From: Candidatus Peregrinibacteria bacterium
GTDB taxonomy: Bacteria; Patescibacteriota; Gracilibacteria; UBA1369
NCBI GenBank assembly: GCA_020851415.1
Contig: JADZCU010000030.1
Location: 4,770 to 68,769, forward strand
Length of the DNA: 64,000 nt
Reading direction: 5' to 3'
Shown here: positions 1-8,789 of the stretch, piece after piece
Layout of the letters: every line of letters starts with the position of its first letter
How positions within the stretch are numbered: the stretch's first letter is position 1
Translations under genes and position numbers: made by a program
Notes under the pieces: generated by a model
What the model saw: the letters and a program-made list of their open reading frames with translations, nothing else
What the model was told of the DNA's origin: nothing
Database searches by the model: none

Positions 1-1382
1 TGGTAGGTATGTGCTCCGAAATAATCGCGCATTCCCTGGATCAGGTTCGCTGGACTGCATTGTGTTGTGAATGCGTTGAAATAGCTTAAAGAAGCTGAAA
101 GAACGGGAGTAGCAACAAATGTTTCTGATGTCATGTGAAGTATTTCTTTCAGTCCGGGTATACATACTTTGCTTTCTTTTGTGAGATATGCGGAAAAGAG
201 TAGGTGCTTCGCTGAAGCTTTTTTACTGGAAAGGCTTTTTTGTAAATCGTCGAGTACTTTTGCCCGGATGATGCATCCGCCCTGCCAAATGCGAACGATT
301 TCGCTTACATTGATCTTCCATTGGTGTTTTTCCGAAGCTGTTTGCAGGAGATCAAAACCCTGAGCGTAGGTGAGCAAGATACTTATGTGTAAGGCGTCTT
401 CGAGGATTTTATGGAAATCTTTTTCATCATGTCTTTTTTGATGTGGAGACATGAAATCAAACTTGTGACTCAGTTTTTCTCTTTCGTTGATTCGTGAGGA
501 TACCGCGCGGGCGAAGACTGCTTCTGCGATGTTTGGTACGGCTACTCCTAAATTAAGCGCTTCCTGTACAGTCCAGGTGCCTGTACCTTTTTGTTCTGCT
601 TTATCCAGAATTCTATCAATGAGATAGTTGTTTTTCGATCTGGTATCAAGTTCGTCCGTTTTTCTGAGGATTGGCGGGACAATTCCAAATAGAAAGGAAT
701 TGAGTTTTCCTTTGTTCCATTTGTCGAAGATGTTGGCTATGTTTGGCGCGGGTTGCGGTGGCCAGATTTGGAGCAGATTGTATGCTTCTGCTATGAGCTG
801 CATGACAGCGTACTCTATGCCGTTGTGGACCATTTTTACATAATGGCCTGAGGCACCTGTCCCGGTGTGTGCAACACATGGTTTGCCTTTAAAATCTTTT
901 GCGGCAATTTTTTCCAATAGGGGTTTTACTTTTTTCCAGGCGATTTCCGAACCTCCTGGCATAAGACTTGGACCTTTAAGTGCGCCTTCCTCGCCGCCGG
1001 ATATGCCGCATCCCATAAAGTGAATATGTTTTTCTTTGAGACTTTTTTCTCTGCGGATGGTGTCGTTGAAATGTGAATTACCGCCATCAATGATGATGTC
1101 GTCTTTTTGAAGAAGAGGTTCGAGCTGCTTTATTACTGCATCCACAGCTTCACCCGCTTGTACCATGATGATAATTTTGCGAGGGCGCTCAATGCTTTGG
1201 ATAAAACCTGGCAGGTCGTAGCATCCTTCGATGTATTCGTTGCCGTATTCGGCTATGAACTCTTCTGTGCGTTTTGCGGTACGATTGTATACCGCGGTTT
1301 GAATTTTTTTACTGGCAAAGTTGCGGGCGAGATTTGCTCCCATGACTGCAAGTCCTATAATTCCGATTTGGGCGTTTTTCAT
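1..1382 (-). CDS. gnd: 6-phosphogluconate dehydrogenase (decarboxylating); C-terminal part cut off by the window edge
   Basis: Absent from the ORF track because it runs off the left edge. My minus-strand translation from the ATG at 1382-1380 reads MKNAQIGIIGLAVMGANLARNFA (N-terminal dinucleotide-binding fold), IIDGGNSHF, GCGISGGEEGALKGPSLMPGG and GHYVKMVHNGIEYA, all typical 6PGDH blocks. Track ORFs 169-363, 628-843, 646-879 and 1107-1469 lie in the wrong frame or strand relative to it. Confidence 0.9.
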   Translation of the reverse strand, partial: MKNAQIGIIGLAVMGANLARNFASKKIQTAVYNRTAKRTEEFIAEYGNEYIEGCYDLPGFIQSIERPRKIIIMVQAGEAVDAVIKQLEPLLQKDDIIIDGGNSHFNDTIRREKSLKEKHIHFMGCGISGGEEGALKGPSLMPGGSEIAWKKVKPLLEKIAAKDFKGKPCVAHTGTGASGHYVKMVHNGIEYAVMQLIAEAYNLLQIWPPQPAPNIANIFDKWNKGKLNSFLFGIVPPILRKTDELDTRSKNNYLIDRILDKAEQKGTGTWTVQEALNLGVAVPNIAEAVFARAVSSRINEREKLSHKFDFMSPHQKRHDEKDFHKILEDALHISILLTYAQGFDLLQTASEKHQWKINVSEIVRIWQGGCIIRAKVLDDLQKSLSSKKASAKHLLFSAYLTKESKVCIPGLKEILHMTSETFVATPVLSASLSYFNAFTTQCSPANLIQGMRDYFGAHTY

Positions 1383-1396
1383 AAGAGAGAGGCTTT

Positions 1397-1969
1397 TTAT
1401 GTTAGGATTTCTCTTGTTAATTCATTTATGCCGATTTTTTTTTCGGCAGAGAAGAGGATGATTTTGTGATTTCCAACCTTGTTTTGTAGCTTTATAAGAG
1501 CGTTATTTCTTTGTGATGGTTTTACTTTGTCGATTTTGTTCATGACTATGACAATGTCTTTTCCTTTTTCCTCTAGTCCTTGGAGCGCTTCCCAATCGTT
1601 CTCGGTGAGGCCGATGTTGGCATCAATGATGAAAATTACTTTCTTTTGTTGATAGTGTGAATCGATCAGATACCAGAAAATCAGGTCCTGAATCTCTTCG
1701 CGTCTTTGTTTGGAAGTTTTGGTAAAACCATAACCCGGGAGATCAACTAAGTAGAATTTGTTGTTGATAAGGTAAAGGTTGATTTCTTTTGTGTGTCCTG
1801 GAAAAGCGCTGGTTCGAGCTAAACCTTTTTTGCCTGTTACAGCGTTAATAGTGCTGGATTTCCCCACATTAGATCTGCCAATAAAAGCTACCTGTTTTCT
1901 TCCGTCTTCCAGTAGATTGTCTTCTTTGACGATGCCTTTGATAAATACTGCGGAGGTGATTGTTTTCAT
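1397..1969 (-). CDS. engB: ribosome-biogenesis GTPase EngB/YsxC/YihA
   Basis: 190 aa. P-loop FIGRSNVGKSSTINAVTG, then ARTSAFPGHTKEINLY, DLPGYGF and NKIDK, giving the G1-G4 order and spacing typical of EngB. Confidence 0.9.
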   Translation of the reverse strand: MKTITSAVFIKGIVKEDNLLEDGRKQVAFIGRSNVGKSSTINAVTGKKGLARTSAFPGHTKEINLYLINNKFYLVDLPGYGFTKTSKQRREEIQDLIFWYLIDSHYQQKKVIFIIDANIGLTENDWEALQGLEEKGKDIVIVMNKIDKVKPSQRNNALIKLQNKVGNHKIILFSAEKKIGINELTREILT

Positions 1970-2044
1970 GGTTCTATCTTAGATTAGAAAAGGCAAAGTG
2001 GCGAGCGGTTTGTGCAATTTATTCTTTCACAGTAAAAAAAAGCT

Positions 2045-2075
2045 TTGACCCTGACGTTACGTCATAGATTATGCT
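2045..2075 (+). promoter_or_regulatory. MerR-type promoter: -35 TTGACC, 19-nt spacer containing palindrome TGACGT-T-ACGTCA, -10 TATGCT
   Basis: TTGACC at 2045-2050, TATGCT at 2070-2075, spacer counted as 19 nt. A 13-bp perfect palindrome sits at 2052-2064 inside the spacer, 58 nt upstream of the MerR-family gene. An over-long 19-nt spacer with an operator dyad inside it is the classic MerR-family promoter layout. Confidence 0.6.
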
Positions 2076-2132
2076 ACACTTGAAGGTGCGGTCGACGCCT
2101 TTAAGAATAGGAGAATAACTTTTGTAAATTGT

Positions 2133-2894
2133 ATGTCATATACCGTTCAACAACTCGCAAATCTGGCTGGTGTAAGTGTCCGGACACTTCACTACTATGA
2201 TCAAATAGATCTTTTGAAACCTTCGTCGGTTCAAAAAAACGGATATCGATATTATGAAGAAACGGAGTTGTTAACACTTCAGCAAATATTATTCTTTCGT
2301 GAGCTGGAATTTTCTCTGGAAGATATTAAAAAAATCATGTCATCACCGGGCTTTGATATGAAGGAGGCGCTTCTTGATCAGAGAAAACTTATTAAGCTCC
2401 GCAAAAAACGTTTAAGCCGGTTAATTAAAACTATTGATAAAACGATTCTTAAACTTAACCATAAAATTGCTATGAAAGATGATGAATTATACGGTAACTT
2501 CACCAAAGAGGAGATGGAGAAGTACACCGAAGAAGCTCGTCAGAAATGGGGTCATACAGATGCCTATAAGCAATCACAGGAACGTGTAAAGAAAATGGGA
2601 AAAGAAGGACTGAAAAAAGTTCTTGAGGAAAGCGGTAAACTGACCCAAGAGATTGCAGCTGCCATGAAAGCAGGTGAAGATCCAAAAAGCGATAAAGTCC
2701 AAGTTTTGATAGCACGTCATTATGATGGACTGCGTGCTTTTTATGAGCCTAATTTTGAAATGTATCGTGGGTTGGCTGAAATGTATGTCGCTGATCCGCG
2801 TTTCAAGGCAAACTATGAAAAAGTGGCAGTTGGGCTCGCAGAGTATTTGCGTGACGGAATGGTGTATTACGCAGATGTTCAGGAAGGGAAGTGA
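2133..2894 (+). CDS. MerR-family transcriptional regulator with TipAS/Mta-like C-terminal domain
   Basis: N-terminus YTVQQLANLAGVSVRTLHYYDQIDLLKPS is a MerR helix-turn-helix. The total length of 253 aa and the C-terminal helical domain (AEMYVADPRFKANYE) resemble TipAL/Mta-type regulators. Confidence 0.85.
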   Translation: MSYTVQQLANLAGVSVRTLHYYDQIDLLKPSSVQKNGYRYYEETELLTLQQILFFRELEFSLEDIKKIMSSPGFDMKEALLDQRKLIKLRKKRLSRLIKTIDKTILKLNHKIAMKDDELYGNFTKEEMEKYTEEARQKWGHTDAYKQSQERVKKMGKEGLKKVLEESGKLTQEIAAAMKAGEDPKSDKVQVLIARHYDGLRAFYEPNFEMYRGLAEMYVADPRFKANYEKVAVGLAEYLRDGMVYYADVQEGK

Positions 2895-2907
2895 TCGTAA
2901 TTAAAAA

Positions 2908-2930
2908 GGGAGCCGTGTGGCTCCCTTTTT
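2908..2930. terminator. bidirectional rho-independent terminator between convergent genes
   Basis: GGGAGCC (2908-2914), loop GTGT, GGCTCCC (2919-2925). An A-run lies upstream and TTTTT (2926-2930) downstream. It sits between the stop of the MerR gene (2894) and the stop of the minus-strand gene (2932). Confidence 0.75.
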
Positions 2931-2931
2931 C

Positions 2932-3675
2932 TTAGTCTGATGATTCTGCCAAAATTTGCAGTAATTCCAGGAAGAGATTGATGATATCCAGATAGATGTT
3001 TATGGCTATGTCTATGGCGGCTCCCCAGGATTGATCATTGGCCATTTTTTCCAGTCGGTCGAAGTCGAAAAGCAGATAGAGAGTGAAAATAACAACTCCC
3101 AAATATGCTCTCACCATTGCAAAAAGTGGTGAATGGAAGAAGAAGCCGTTGAGGAGACTCATAACTATTAAAATGATGAGGGCGATGAATAAGAACCCTC
3201 CTAAAAATCCAAAGTTTATATTGGTGAGGAATACCATCCCGGCAGTAGATAATACTGCTAGAGCGGTACCTAGGAGTGCCTGGAATACTATGTTATGCCA
3301 TTCGTTGGCGTGTGGATCTGAATTGATAATATTTTCAAATTCGGCTCGCTTTTCCTCTGTTAGTGATTCGCCTTTTTTTAGTGAAATTCCCTGATTTTTT
3401 ATAAATTTTCTTTGCTTAAATCTTTTGCCGTAGTACTCAATTGTTGGTCCGATTTCCCATCCCATCACTGCGGAAAAGGCCGCAACAAGTACTAAATTTA
3501 TTGGATATGAATCAGCGAAAACCATTACCGCAATCAAAATGGCAAATGTACTGATGATGGTGAGCCACATTTCTTTGGCTGTCTCAAAAGCTTTGTTTAT
3601 GCGTGCTGTTCCCGCTGTAATGAGAAGCATTACTCCAACGATGATAAATGTCCGGGCGAAGAGGAGACTAAACAT
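2932..3675 (-). CDS. Bax-inhibitor-1/YccA-family membrane protein with a hydrophilic insertion
   Basis: Multi-pass hydrophobic profile. The C-terminal signature AIDIAINIYLDIINLFLELLQIL is typical of the BI-1/YccA family. A charged loop of about 50 aa (KRFKQRKFIKNQGISLKKGESLTEEKRAEFENIINSD) interrupts the helices. Confidence 0.65.
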   Translation of the reverse strand: MFSLLFARTFIIVGVMLLITAGTARINKAFETAKEMWLTIISTFAILIAVMVFADSYPINLVLVAAFSAVMGWEIGPTIEYYGKRFKQRKFIKNQGISLKKGESLTEEKRAEFENIINSDPHANEWHNIVFQALLGTALAVLSTAGMVFLTNINFGFLGGFLFIALIILIVMSLLNGFFFHSPLFAMVRAYLGVVIFTLYLLFDFDRLEKMANDQSWGAAIDIAINIYLDIINLFLELLQILAESSD

Positions 3676-3805
3676 GAATTTTAATTAAAAGTGATTATAT
3701 AAAGTATAGACTGGTTTGTAATTAACGTATATCGGTTTGTTAGTTCGTGGTTGATTTTGTGAAAATATGATATTGTTGCCTTGTTAATCTTAACATAAAA
3801 ATTTT

Positions 3806-4168
3806 ATGGCAGATGTTCGCAAAGTTATCGAGGAGTTTTCTGTAAAGGATCTTGAGGATAATTCCGCTTTGAACATTATGGTTGAGAGTTGCTCAGAAAT
3901 TGGCAACGATTCTAAACCGGGCATTCAAGTTCATTTTATGGGCAGAATCGTTACTTTTGAGCCTTTGAATGTTGAACCAATGGTTTATAAAGCAAAAAAA
4001 GCAGGTTTAACTGAAGTGCTTTTGGAGAATGATTCTTGGATGGCCTATGAAGATCAGTATGTGAAGGTATCACTTGTGCTCGGTACTCCATTGAAAGCGA
4101 AAGTTGAGGTTAAAACACGCAGTTCTGAGCCTGTTGTGAAAACATATGATCTTCCTTTTACGTTTTAA
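3806..4168 (+). CDS. hypothetical protein (120 aa)
   Basis: Clean ORF in an AT-rich background. I recognise no motif. Confidence 0.55.
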   Translation: MADVRKVIEEFSVKDLEDNSALNIMVESCSEIGNDSKPGIQVHFMGRIVTFEPLNVEPMVYKAKKAGLTEVLLENDSWMAYEDQYVKVSLVLGTPLKAKVEVKTRSSEPVVKTYDLPFTF

Positions 4169-4171
4169 GCA

Positions 4172-4429
4172 TTACTCTTTCCCCGGGTAATCAAAAAAAG
4201 ATTCTTCTGATTCTTCAGTCATGAACACTATTCTTCTGGTGTCCTTGTCTGTTGTGATGAACATGCTTACATGGTTTGCGGAAGCCGGTGCGGTGAAGAA
4301 ATATTTTTTGCCTGTTTCGTTTTCAAAAAATTGATTCCAGTAATCCTGGGTCCAGCCGCTGTGTGGTGTGGCGTATTTAAAATAGAGGACTTTAAACTCT
4401 TCTTTGGTTACCTCTTTTTCGATTTCCAT
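4172..4429 (-). CDS. hypothetical protein (85 aa)
   Basis: ORF co-directional with the next gene, 40 nt downstream of it. No motif recognised. Confidence 0.5.
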   Translation of the reverse strand: MEIEKEVTKEEFKVLYFKYATPHSGWTQDYWNQFFENETGKKYFFTAPASANHVSMFITTDKDTRRIVFMTEESEESFFDYPGKE

Positions 4430-4469
4430 TGTGAATGGATTAAGATTAAAACCCTTAAATGTTCTTGTT

Positions 4470-5294
4470 TTAAATACTCGTTTGTCCTTTTGGTGTTTTG
4501 ATGATTTTTAGACAAATATCTTTGGTGAGGGCGGGTAACAGAGTGTTTTCTGTCATCAGTGCGACCGGTTCAACTTGCATATGTTCAACCGGCCACCAAT
4601 TTTTTGCGCAGATCAACAGTGTTTTTTGCGCACCTTTTATGTCACCTAAAGCCATGTACTCATGTGCTGCGCGTTCGTGGTTTAGATAATCAACTCCTTC
4701 ACCGGCATTTTCATAGACCTTTATGAAATCTTCAGTTTTTCCGTATAAATTAAGGAAATAGAGGATATAGTCAGCTTTCTCTATGGGTTTATTGTTGAGT
4801 TTTGGTTTATATTCCTCCTGTTGCTTCACTATTTCTTCAATGGATTTCCCTTTGGTGCGTGGCTTGGGTTTTTCTTTGTACGCTTTCATTGTAGCGGCTT
4901 TGTTTTTTATCCAGGAAAGTTTTTGTTTTATCTGAAACATACGTTGTTCGGGCTGGTCATCTTTTTTCAATTTTTGGAGACCTTTTAGTAGGTCTTTCAA
5001 AAACTTTTCTGTCTTATCCCAGGCATCCGTGTGATATGAGGCTAATATAATCATTGCAAAATGCTCGTCATAGATGTTGCTATAATGACAAGCCTCTGTA
5101 GATGGAAGAAATGAACAGCTTAATTCAAGGCCTTTTGCCCAGTCATGTTGAAAGTAAGCAAGTTCAGCCATGGCTATAGCTTTTTTTGCTTCGAGTCCTT
5201 TTACTTCATTCATGATTTTGATTCCTTCTTCTACTTTACCTAAACGTATCTTCATGAATGCTTCTTTGAGTTTTGTTGGAAAGCGTTCTTTCAT
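4470..5294 (-). CDS. hypothetical helical protein (274 aa)
   Basis: Long ORF with a helical-repeat-like composition and a Lys-rich middle (KEKPKPRTKGK). No catalytic motif recognised. Confidence 0.55.
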   Translation of the reverse strand: MKERFPTKLKEAFMKIRLGKVEEGIKIMNEVKGLEAKKAIAMAELAYFQHDWAKGLELSCSFLPSTEACHYSNIYDEHFAMIILASYHTDAWDKTEKFLKDLLKGLQKLKKDDQPEQRMFQIKQKLSWIKNKAATMKAYKEKPKPRTKGKSIEEIVKQQEEYKPKLNNKPIEKADYILYFLNLYGKTEDFIKVYENAGEGVDYLNHERAAHEYMALGDIKGAQKTLLICAKNWWPVEHMQVEPVALMTENTLLPALTKDICLKIIKTPKGQTSI

Positions 5295-5389
5295 AAGTCT
5301 GCGGTTAAGAGTTTAAAGTTTTTGCTAATTTCAATAATTGTTGAATGTCCGTTGAATAAACCGCTATCACAAGAAGCGAAGTTATGAGT

Positions 5390-5965
5390 TTATAGATTTT
5401 CTTTTTGCATTAAGGCAAGCAGTTTTGTGGTGGTATTCCAATTGCGGATAGTCATACTTTTATATATTGGCAGTTTGATGATCTTGGGCAGATAACTTTG
5501 AGTTGCTTTGCTGATGAGTCTTGAAAAATAGAGAACGTCATCACCGGCTGAAGCTGCATCAATATTTTCTCGTGTTTCAATTTGTTTTATGGCTTCTTTT
5601 GTAGTTAACGGGGCTTTTAGAAAAATGACATCATATCGATATTTATCCGGTGCTTTGCCGTATCCTTTTGGAGCTTTTTCTACCGTGTGTTGAAGTTGTT
5701 TTTGACTGATAACTACGATTCGGGAACTGTAATTGAATTTTTTGCTTAGACTTTTTTCTATACTTTCTATCAGTTTTGCCTGAGATTTTTCGGTTGAGGT
5801 GAATACAACGTTGCCGCTTTGAATGTAGGTTGTCACATCAAAGAACCCCATGTTTTCAAAGCATGCTCTGAGATCAGTCATTTTGATAATGTTGTTTCCA
5901 CCGACATTAATGCCCCGCAGCAATGCAAGGTACTTTATTCCGTTACTTGGAGACTTAGTAATCAT
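5390..5965 (-). CDS. DUF1697-family protein
   Basis: The N-terminal block YLALLRGINVGGNNIIKMTDLR is the hallmark opening of the DUF1697 family. The length of 191 aa fits. Confidence 0.8.
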   Translation of the reverse strand: MITKSPSNGIKYLALLRGINVGGNNIIKMTDLRACFENMGFFDVTTYIQSGNVVFTSTEKSQAKLIESIEKSLSKKFNYSSRIVVISQKQLQHTVEKAPKGYGKAPDKYRYDVIFLKAPLTTKEAIKQIETRENIDAASAGDDVLYFSRLISKATQSYLPKIIKLPIYKSMTIRNWNTTTKLLALMQKENL

Positions 5966-6117
5966 GTTTTATGAGACCTTTTGTGGAGTACATTGTGAGT
6001 TCATTGTATCATATTTATGAGACATGTTATTATCTTTCTGACAGCTAATACAGATGCGAAAAATGCGCGTAGGTACATGTGAAAGTCTTTTCAACTCTCT
6101 AAAAAATAACATCACAT

Positions 6118-7458
6118 ATGTTAACCGGGCTCAGTATATTTAATAGGTTAAGTAATTTAAGATTCTGGTTAGCGTCTGTTTGCGTTTATGCTGTTCTTTT
6201 TTCATCCACAGCTCATGCCGGGACTTTTGATGCGCGTGAGGTGCAGCAGGGAAGTACGGTTGAAGTTCTTATCCCGCAACATGATTTGAGCAGTGTAAAA
6301 GGAACTTTTGATGGCGATGAGGTGTTTTTTTACCCTTACTCAAAGGAACCTCCATTTGATGAAGCAATTACCCGAGCTGAATTTTTGAAACTGATTTTTT
6401 TGAATCATGATTTTGGTGAAGTCGATGTCTCTTTGGTTAAAGATTTCCCTGATGTCCAGAAGGATAATTCCTATTATGACGTGATTCAGAAGGCTGCGGC
6501 ACTGAATATTATTAGTGGATATGAAGATGGTTTATTCCGACCATATACTCCTGTTACCAGAGGGCAAATCGCCAAAATTTTGGTGAACGCCTTTGATCCC
6601 CATAAAGTACTTGATGAAGCACCGCAATTTCCTGATGTTCAGGCGTGGCACATTTTTTATGGATCTATTAATCACGCGGTTCGGGCAAAAATATTTCAGG
6701 GATACCCTGACGGTCTCATGCGTCCGGATCGAGATATAAATTTTTCTGAAGCGGAAACTGTTATTCGTCGTGCTGCCGGGCTTGATAAGTTTACAGATCT
6801 AGGTGATCGCAATTATTTCCGCGGTTTTGTAGGGATTAATCGTCTCAGCCAGATTGGGACTAAAGATCTACAACTGGATCTTTTTAGAGACAAGGAAGTG
6901 GAAAAGCAGGCTATTCACATGAATATCGTCAAAAGAGATTTCCCGGTAGTTTCATTTTCGCTGGCTGCTGACAAAACAAAACTTTTCGGGAAAGAGGAAC
7001 AGGACAACACCTGGGTAATGATTGACGCTGCAAAAGCAAATCCGGATAGTCAAAAACTGTGGAAAGGTGCTTTTATAGTTCCTACTAGTGGTGAAATGAC
7101 TCTTGGCTTTGGTGACAAGCTTTATATTAACGGAGTGTATTCCGGGTCACATTTTGGCTGGGATCTGGCAAATGACGAAGGTACGGAAGTTTATGCTTCC
7201 AATAGCGGAAAGGTGACGCTATCTGCCTGGACAACATCTTATGGGAATACTGTTGTTATAGACCACGGCCAAAATATTTTCACCATGTATTTACATTTGT
7301 CCGAGCTCAAAACTCAGGAGGGGCTGATGATTGAAAAAGGCGACCTGATTGGCCTTATGGGGGCTACGGGCATTGCGACAGGTTCACACTTACATTTTAC
7401 GCAGTTTATTGGTGGCGTGGTTGTGGATTCGCAGGATTGGGTGGATGGGAAGTTTTAG
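6118..7458 (+). CDS. secreted M23-family metallopeptidase with two SLH-like repeats
   Basis: Signal peptide ending AVLFSSTAHA. Two S-layer-homology-like repeats begin FPDVQKDNSYYDVIQKAAALNIISGYEDGLFRP and FPDVQAWHIFYGSINHAVRAKIFQGYPDGLMRP. The C-terminal M23 motifs are HFGWDLA, GNTVVIDHG and GATGIATGSHLHF. Confidence 0.85.
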   Translation: MLTGLSIFNRLSNLRFWLASVCVYAVLFSSTAHAGTFDAREVQQGSTVEVLIPQHDLSSVKGTFDGDEVFFYPYSKEPPFDEAITRAEFLKLIFLNHDFGEVDVSLVKDFPDVQKDNSYYDVIQKAAALNIISGYEDGLFRPYTPVTRGQIAKILVNAFDPHKVLDEAPQFPDVQAWHIFYGSINHAVRAKIFQGYPDGLMRPDRDINFSEAETVIRRAAGLDKFTDLGDRNYFRGFVGINRLSQIGTKDLQLDLFRDKEVEKQAIHMNIVKRDFPVVSFSLAADKTKLFGKEEQDNTWVMIDAAKANPDSQKLWKGAFIVPTSGEMTLGFGDKLYINGVYSGSHFGWDLANDEGTEVYASNSGKVTLSAWTTSYGNTVVIDHGQNIFTMYLHLSELKTQEGLMIEKGDLIGLMGATGIATGSHLHFTQFIGGVVVDSQDWVDGKF

Positions 7459-7486
7459 TTAGCGGAAAGAAACTCGATGGATTTTT

Positions 7487-7888
7487 TTATATCATTTTTT
7501 CGTAAACTTTTATAAAAGCTGACGGAGTGAGAATTTTTGTTTTGCCAATTTCTTTTAATTCTAAAAGGTCATTGTCTCCACTTACTATATATGTTGCATT
7601 TGCTGATATTGCACAGTTTACGAACTTGTCGTCCTTGGGATCTCTCGAAAGCTTTATAAAGGACTTTTCATTGATAATATGAATGTTTTCTAATATATAT
7701 TTTTGCCACTTTTTAGCAGATTTTCTAGATTTATCGATTCTATCCAGTACAACAAAATATTCTTTTATGATTTTCTTTGTTGCGAATAGTTGTATCCTAT
7801 GATTTAACCAAATTTCAATGATTGTATATGGTTTTCCACCCCAGAATATTCCTGAGATTAAAACGTTGGTATCAAGTACGATTTTCAT
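7487..7888 (-). CDS. PIN-domain toxin (VapC-like)
   Basis: MKIVLDTNVLISG supplies the first acidic PIN residue, with a later IVSGDNDLL block. 133 aa. It overlaps the upstream AbrB-type gene by 17 nt, which is typical toxin-antitoxin coupling. Confidence 0.85.
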   Translation of the reverse strand: MKIVLDTNVLISGIFWGGKPYTIIEIWLNHRIQLFATKKIIKEYFVVLDRIDKSRKSAKKWQKYILENIHIINEKSFIKLSRDPKDDKFVNCAISANATYIVSGDNDLLELKEIGKTKILTPSAFIKVYEKMI

Positions 7889-8141
7889 TTCTTACTTCCT
7901 TAATTATTCGCTTTAGGTCACTTGATTTTATCTTATTCTTCTTAACGAATTCTCTGCTTTCCTTAATAAGTTTCTTAAATTTTTCTAAATTTGGTTTAGT
8001 CACTGGTTTTATGAGTAAATTAGATCCCTCAGTAAAAATGATCAGCTTTGTCCCTGTTTCTATCCCCAGTTCTTTACGAATACTATTAGGGATAACGATT
8101 TGTCCTTTCGATGAAAGGCTTGTGATGTCGAAGTTGTTCAT
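7872..8141 (-). CDS. AbrB/MazE/SpoVT-family antitoxin
   Basis: SSKGQIVIPNSIRKELGIETGTKLII is the swapped-hairpin AbrB/SpoVT DNA-binding motif. 89 aa, located immediately upstream of the PIN gene. Confidence 0.85.
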   Translation of the reverse strand: MNNFDITSLSSKGQIVIPNSIRKELGIETGTKLIIFTEGSNLLIKPVTKPNLEKFKKLIKESREFVKKNKIKSSDLKRIIKEVRNENRT

Positions 8142-8146
8142 ATTGA

Positions 8147-8199
8147 AAAAGTAAGATAATCTTACTTTTATTATAGTGGTTTTATAGACGTCACGTCAA
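8147..8199 (-). promoter_or_regulatory. promoter and operator-like dyads of the PIN/AbrB operon
   Basis: Read on the minus strand: TTGACG (8199-8194), 18-nt spacer, TATAAT (8175-8170). Palindrome GACGT-C-ACGTC (8187-8197) overlaps the -35. A 9-bp inverted repeat AAAAGTAAG/CTTACTTTT (8147-8155 and 8161-8169) lies between the -10 and the ATG at 8141. Confidence 0.55.
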
Positions 8200-8214
8200 A
8201 CCCTGATTATTCAG

Positions 8215-8637
8215 TTAATCTGCGGAAAGAAGTTCAATAGCCTTTTGATATTTCTTTACCCGCTCCAAATCCACATCTGTTGGGTTTGGAATGCGGTCCA
8301 GATTGGAGTTGTCTTTTAAGTCAGCGATTTTTACTGGGACGGCTAGGGGATTTAATTTTACGCGATTGATAAAATCGTTGTACTGTTCACCCTCCTTTTT
8401 TGTGAGAGCGCGAATGGCGCTTATAACTTCCTCGGGGAAGCCTTCTTTCGCGAGATCTTCGAAGGTATACGCACTGTCTTCCACAACATCATGCAAAACG
8501 GCAATAGTTTGCAACTGCTCAGTTGGCATCTGCACCATCAAGCGCAGTGGATGGAGCACGTAGGTGTTTCCACCTTTGTCCGTTTGACCCTCATGTGCTT
8601 TAAGCGCGATCTGAATGGCTTTTTCGAGTTTGTTCAT
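8215..8637 (-). CDS. stand-alone HD-domain protein, RelA/SpoT-hydrolase type (small alarmone hydrolase-like)
   Basis: 140 aa with HEGQTDKGGNTYVLHPLRL and AVLHDVVEDS (the H...HD...D metal ligands) followed by IADLKDN. This is the layout of single-domain (p)ppGpp/(p)ppApp hydrolases. Confidence 0.75.
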   Translation of the reverse strand: MNKLEKAIQIALKAHEGQTDKGGNTYVLHPLRLMVQMPTEQLQTIAVLHDVVEDSAYTFEDLAKEGFPEEVISAIRALTKKEGEQYNDFINRVKLNPLAVPVKIADLKDNSNLDRIPNPTDVDLERVKKYQKAIELLSAD

Positions 8638-8789
8638 AGGAAGCGATGAGCTTATGTTGTGACTATTGTATCATCATTGTTATTCAAGTCTTGCTTTTTG
8701 ATTATGTGTTTTGATAGAATATTGTTGTAAAAGAGCTTTCGGCCGTGGTTCATAAACCACAAACTGGCGGAGAGCTTTTTTCTTATTTA

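Noticed and set aside
169-1469. Plus- and minus-strand track ORFs at 169-363, 628-843, 646-879 and 1107-1469
   Set aside because: All lie inside the edge-truncated gnd gene on the minus strand, which translates into canonical 6PGDH blocks.
8638-8789. Possible small RNA or terminator in the spacer between the 138-aa ORF and the HD gene
   Set aside because: There is only a 6-bp hairpin (GTGGTT-cataa-AACCAC) and a direct AGAGCTTTT repeat, with no convincing U-tract or extended structure. The evidence is insufficient to call a feature.
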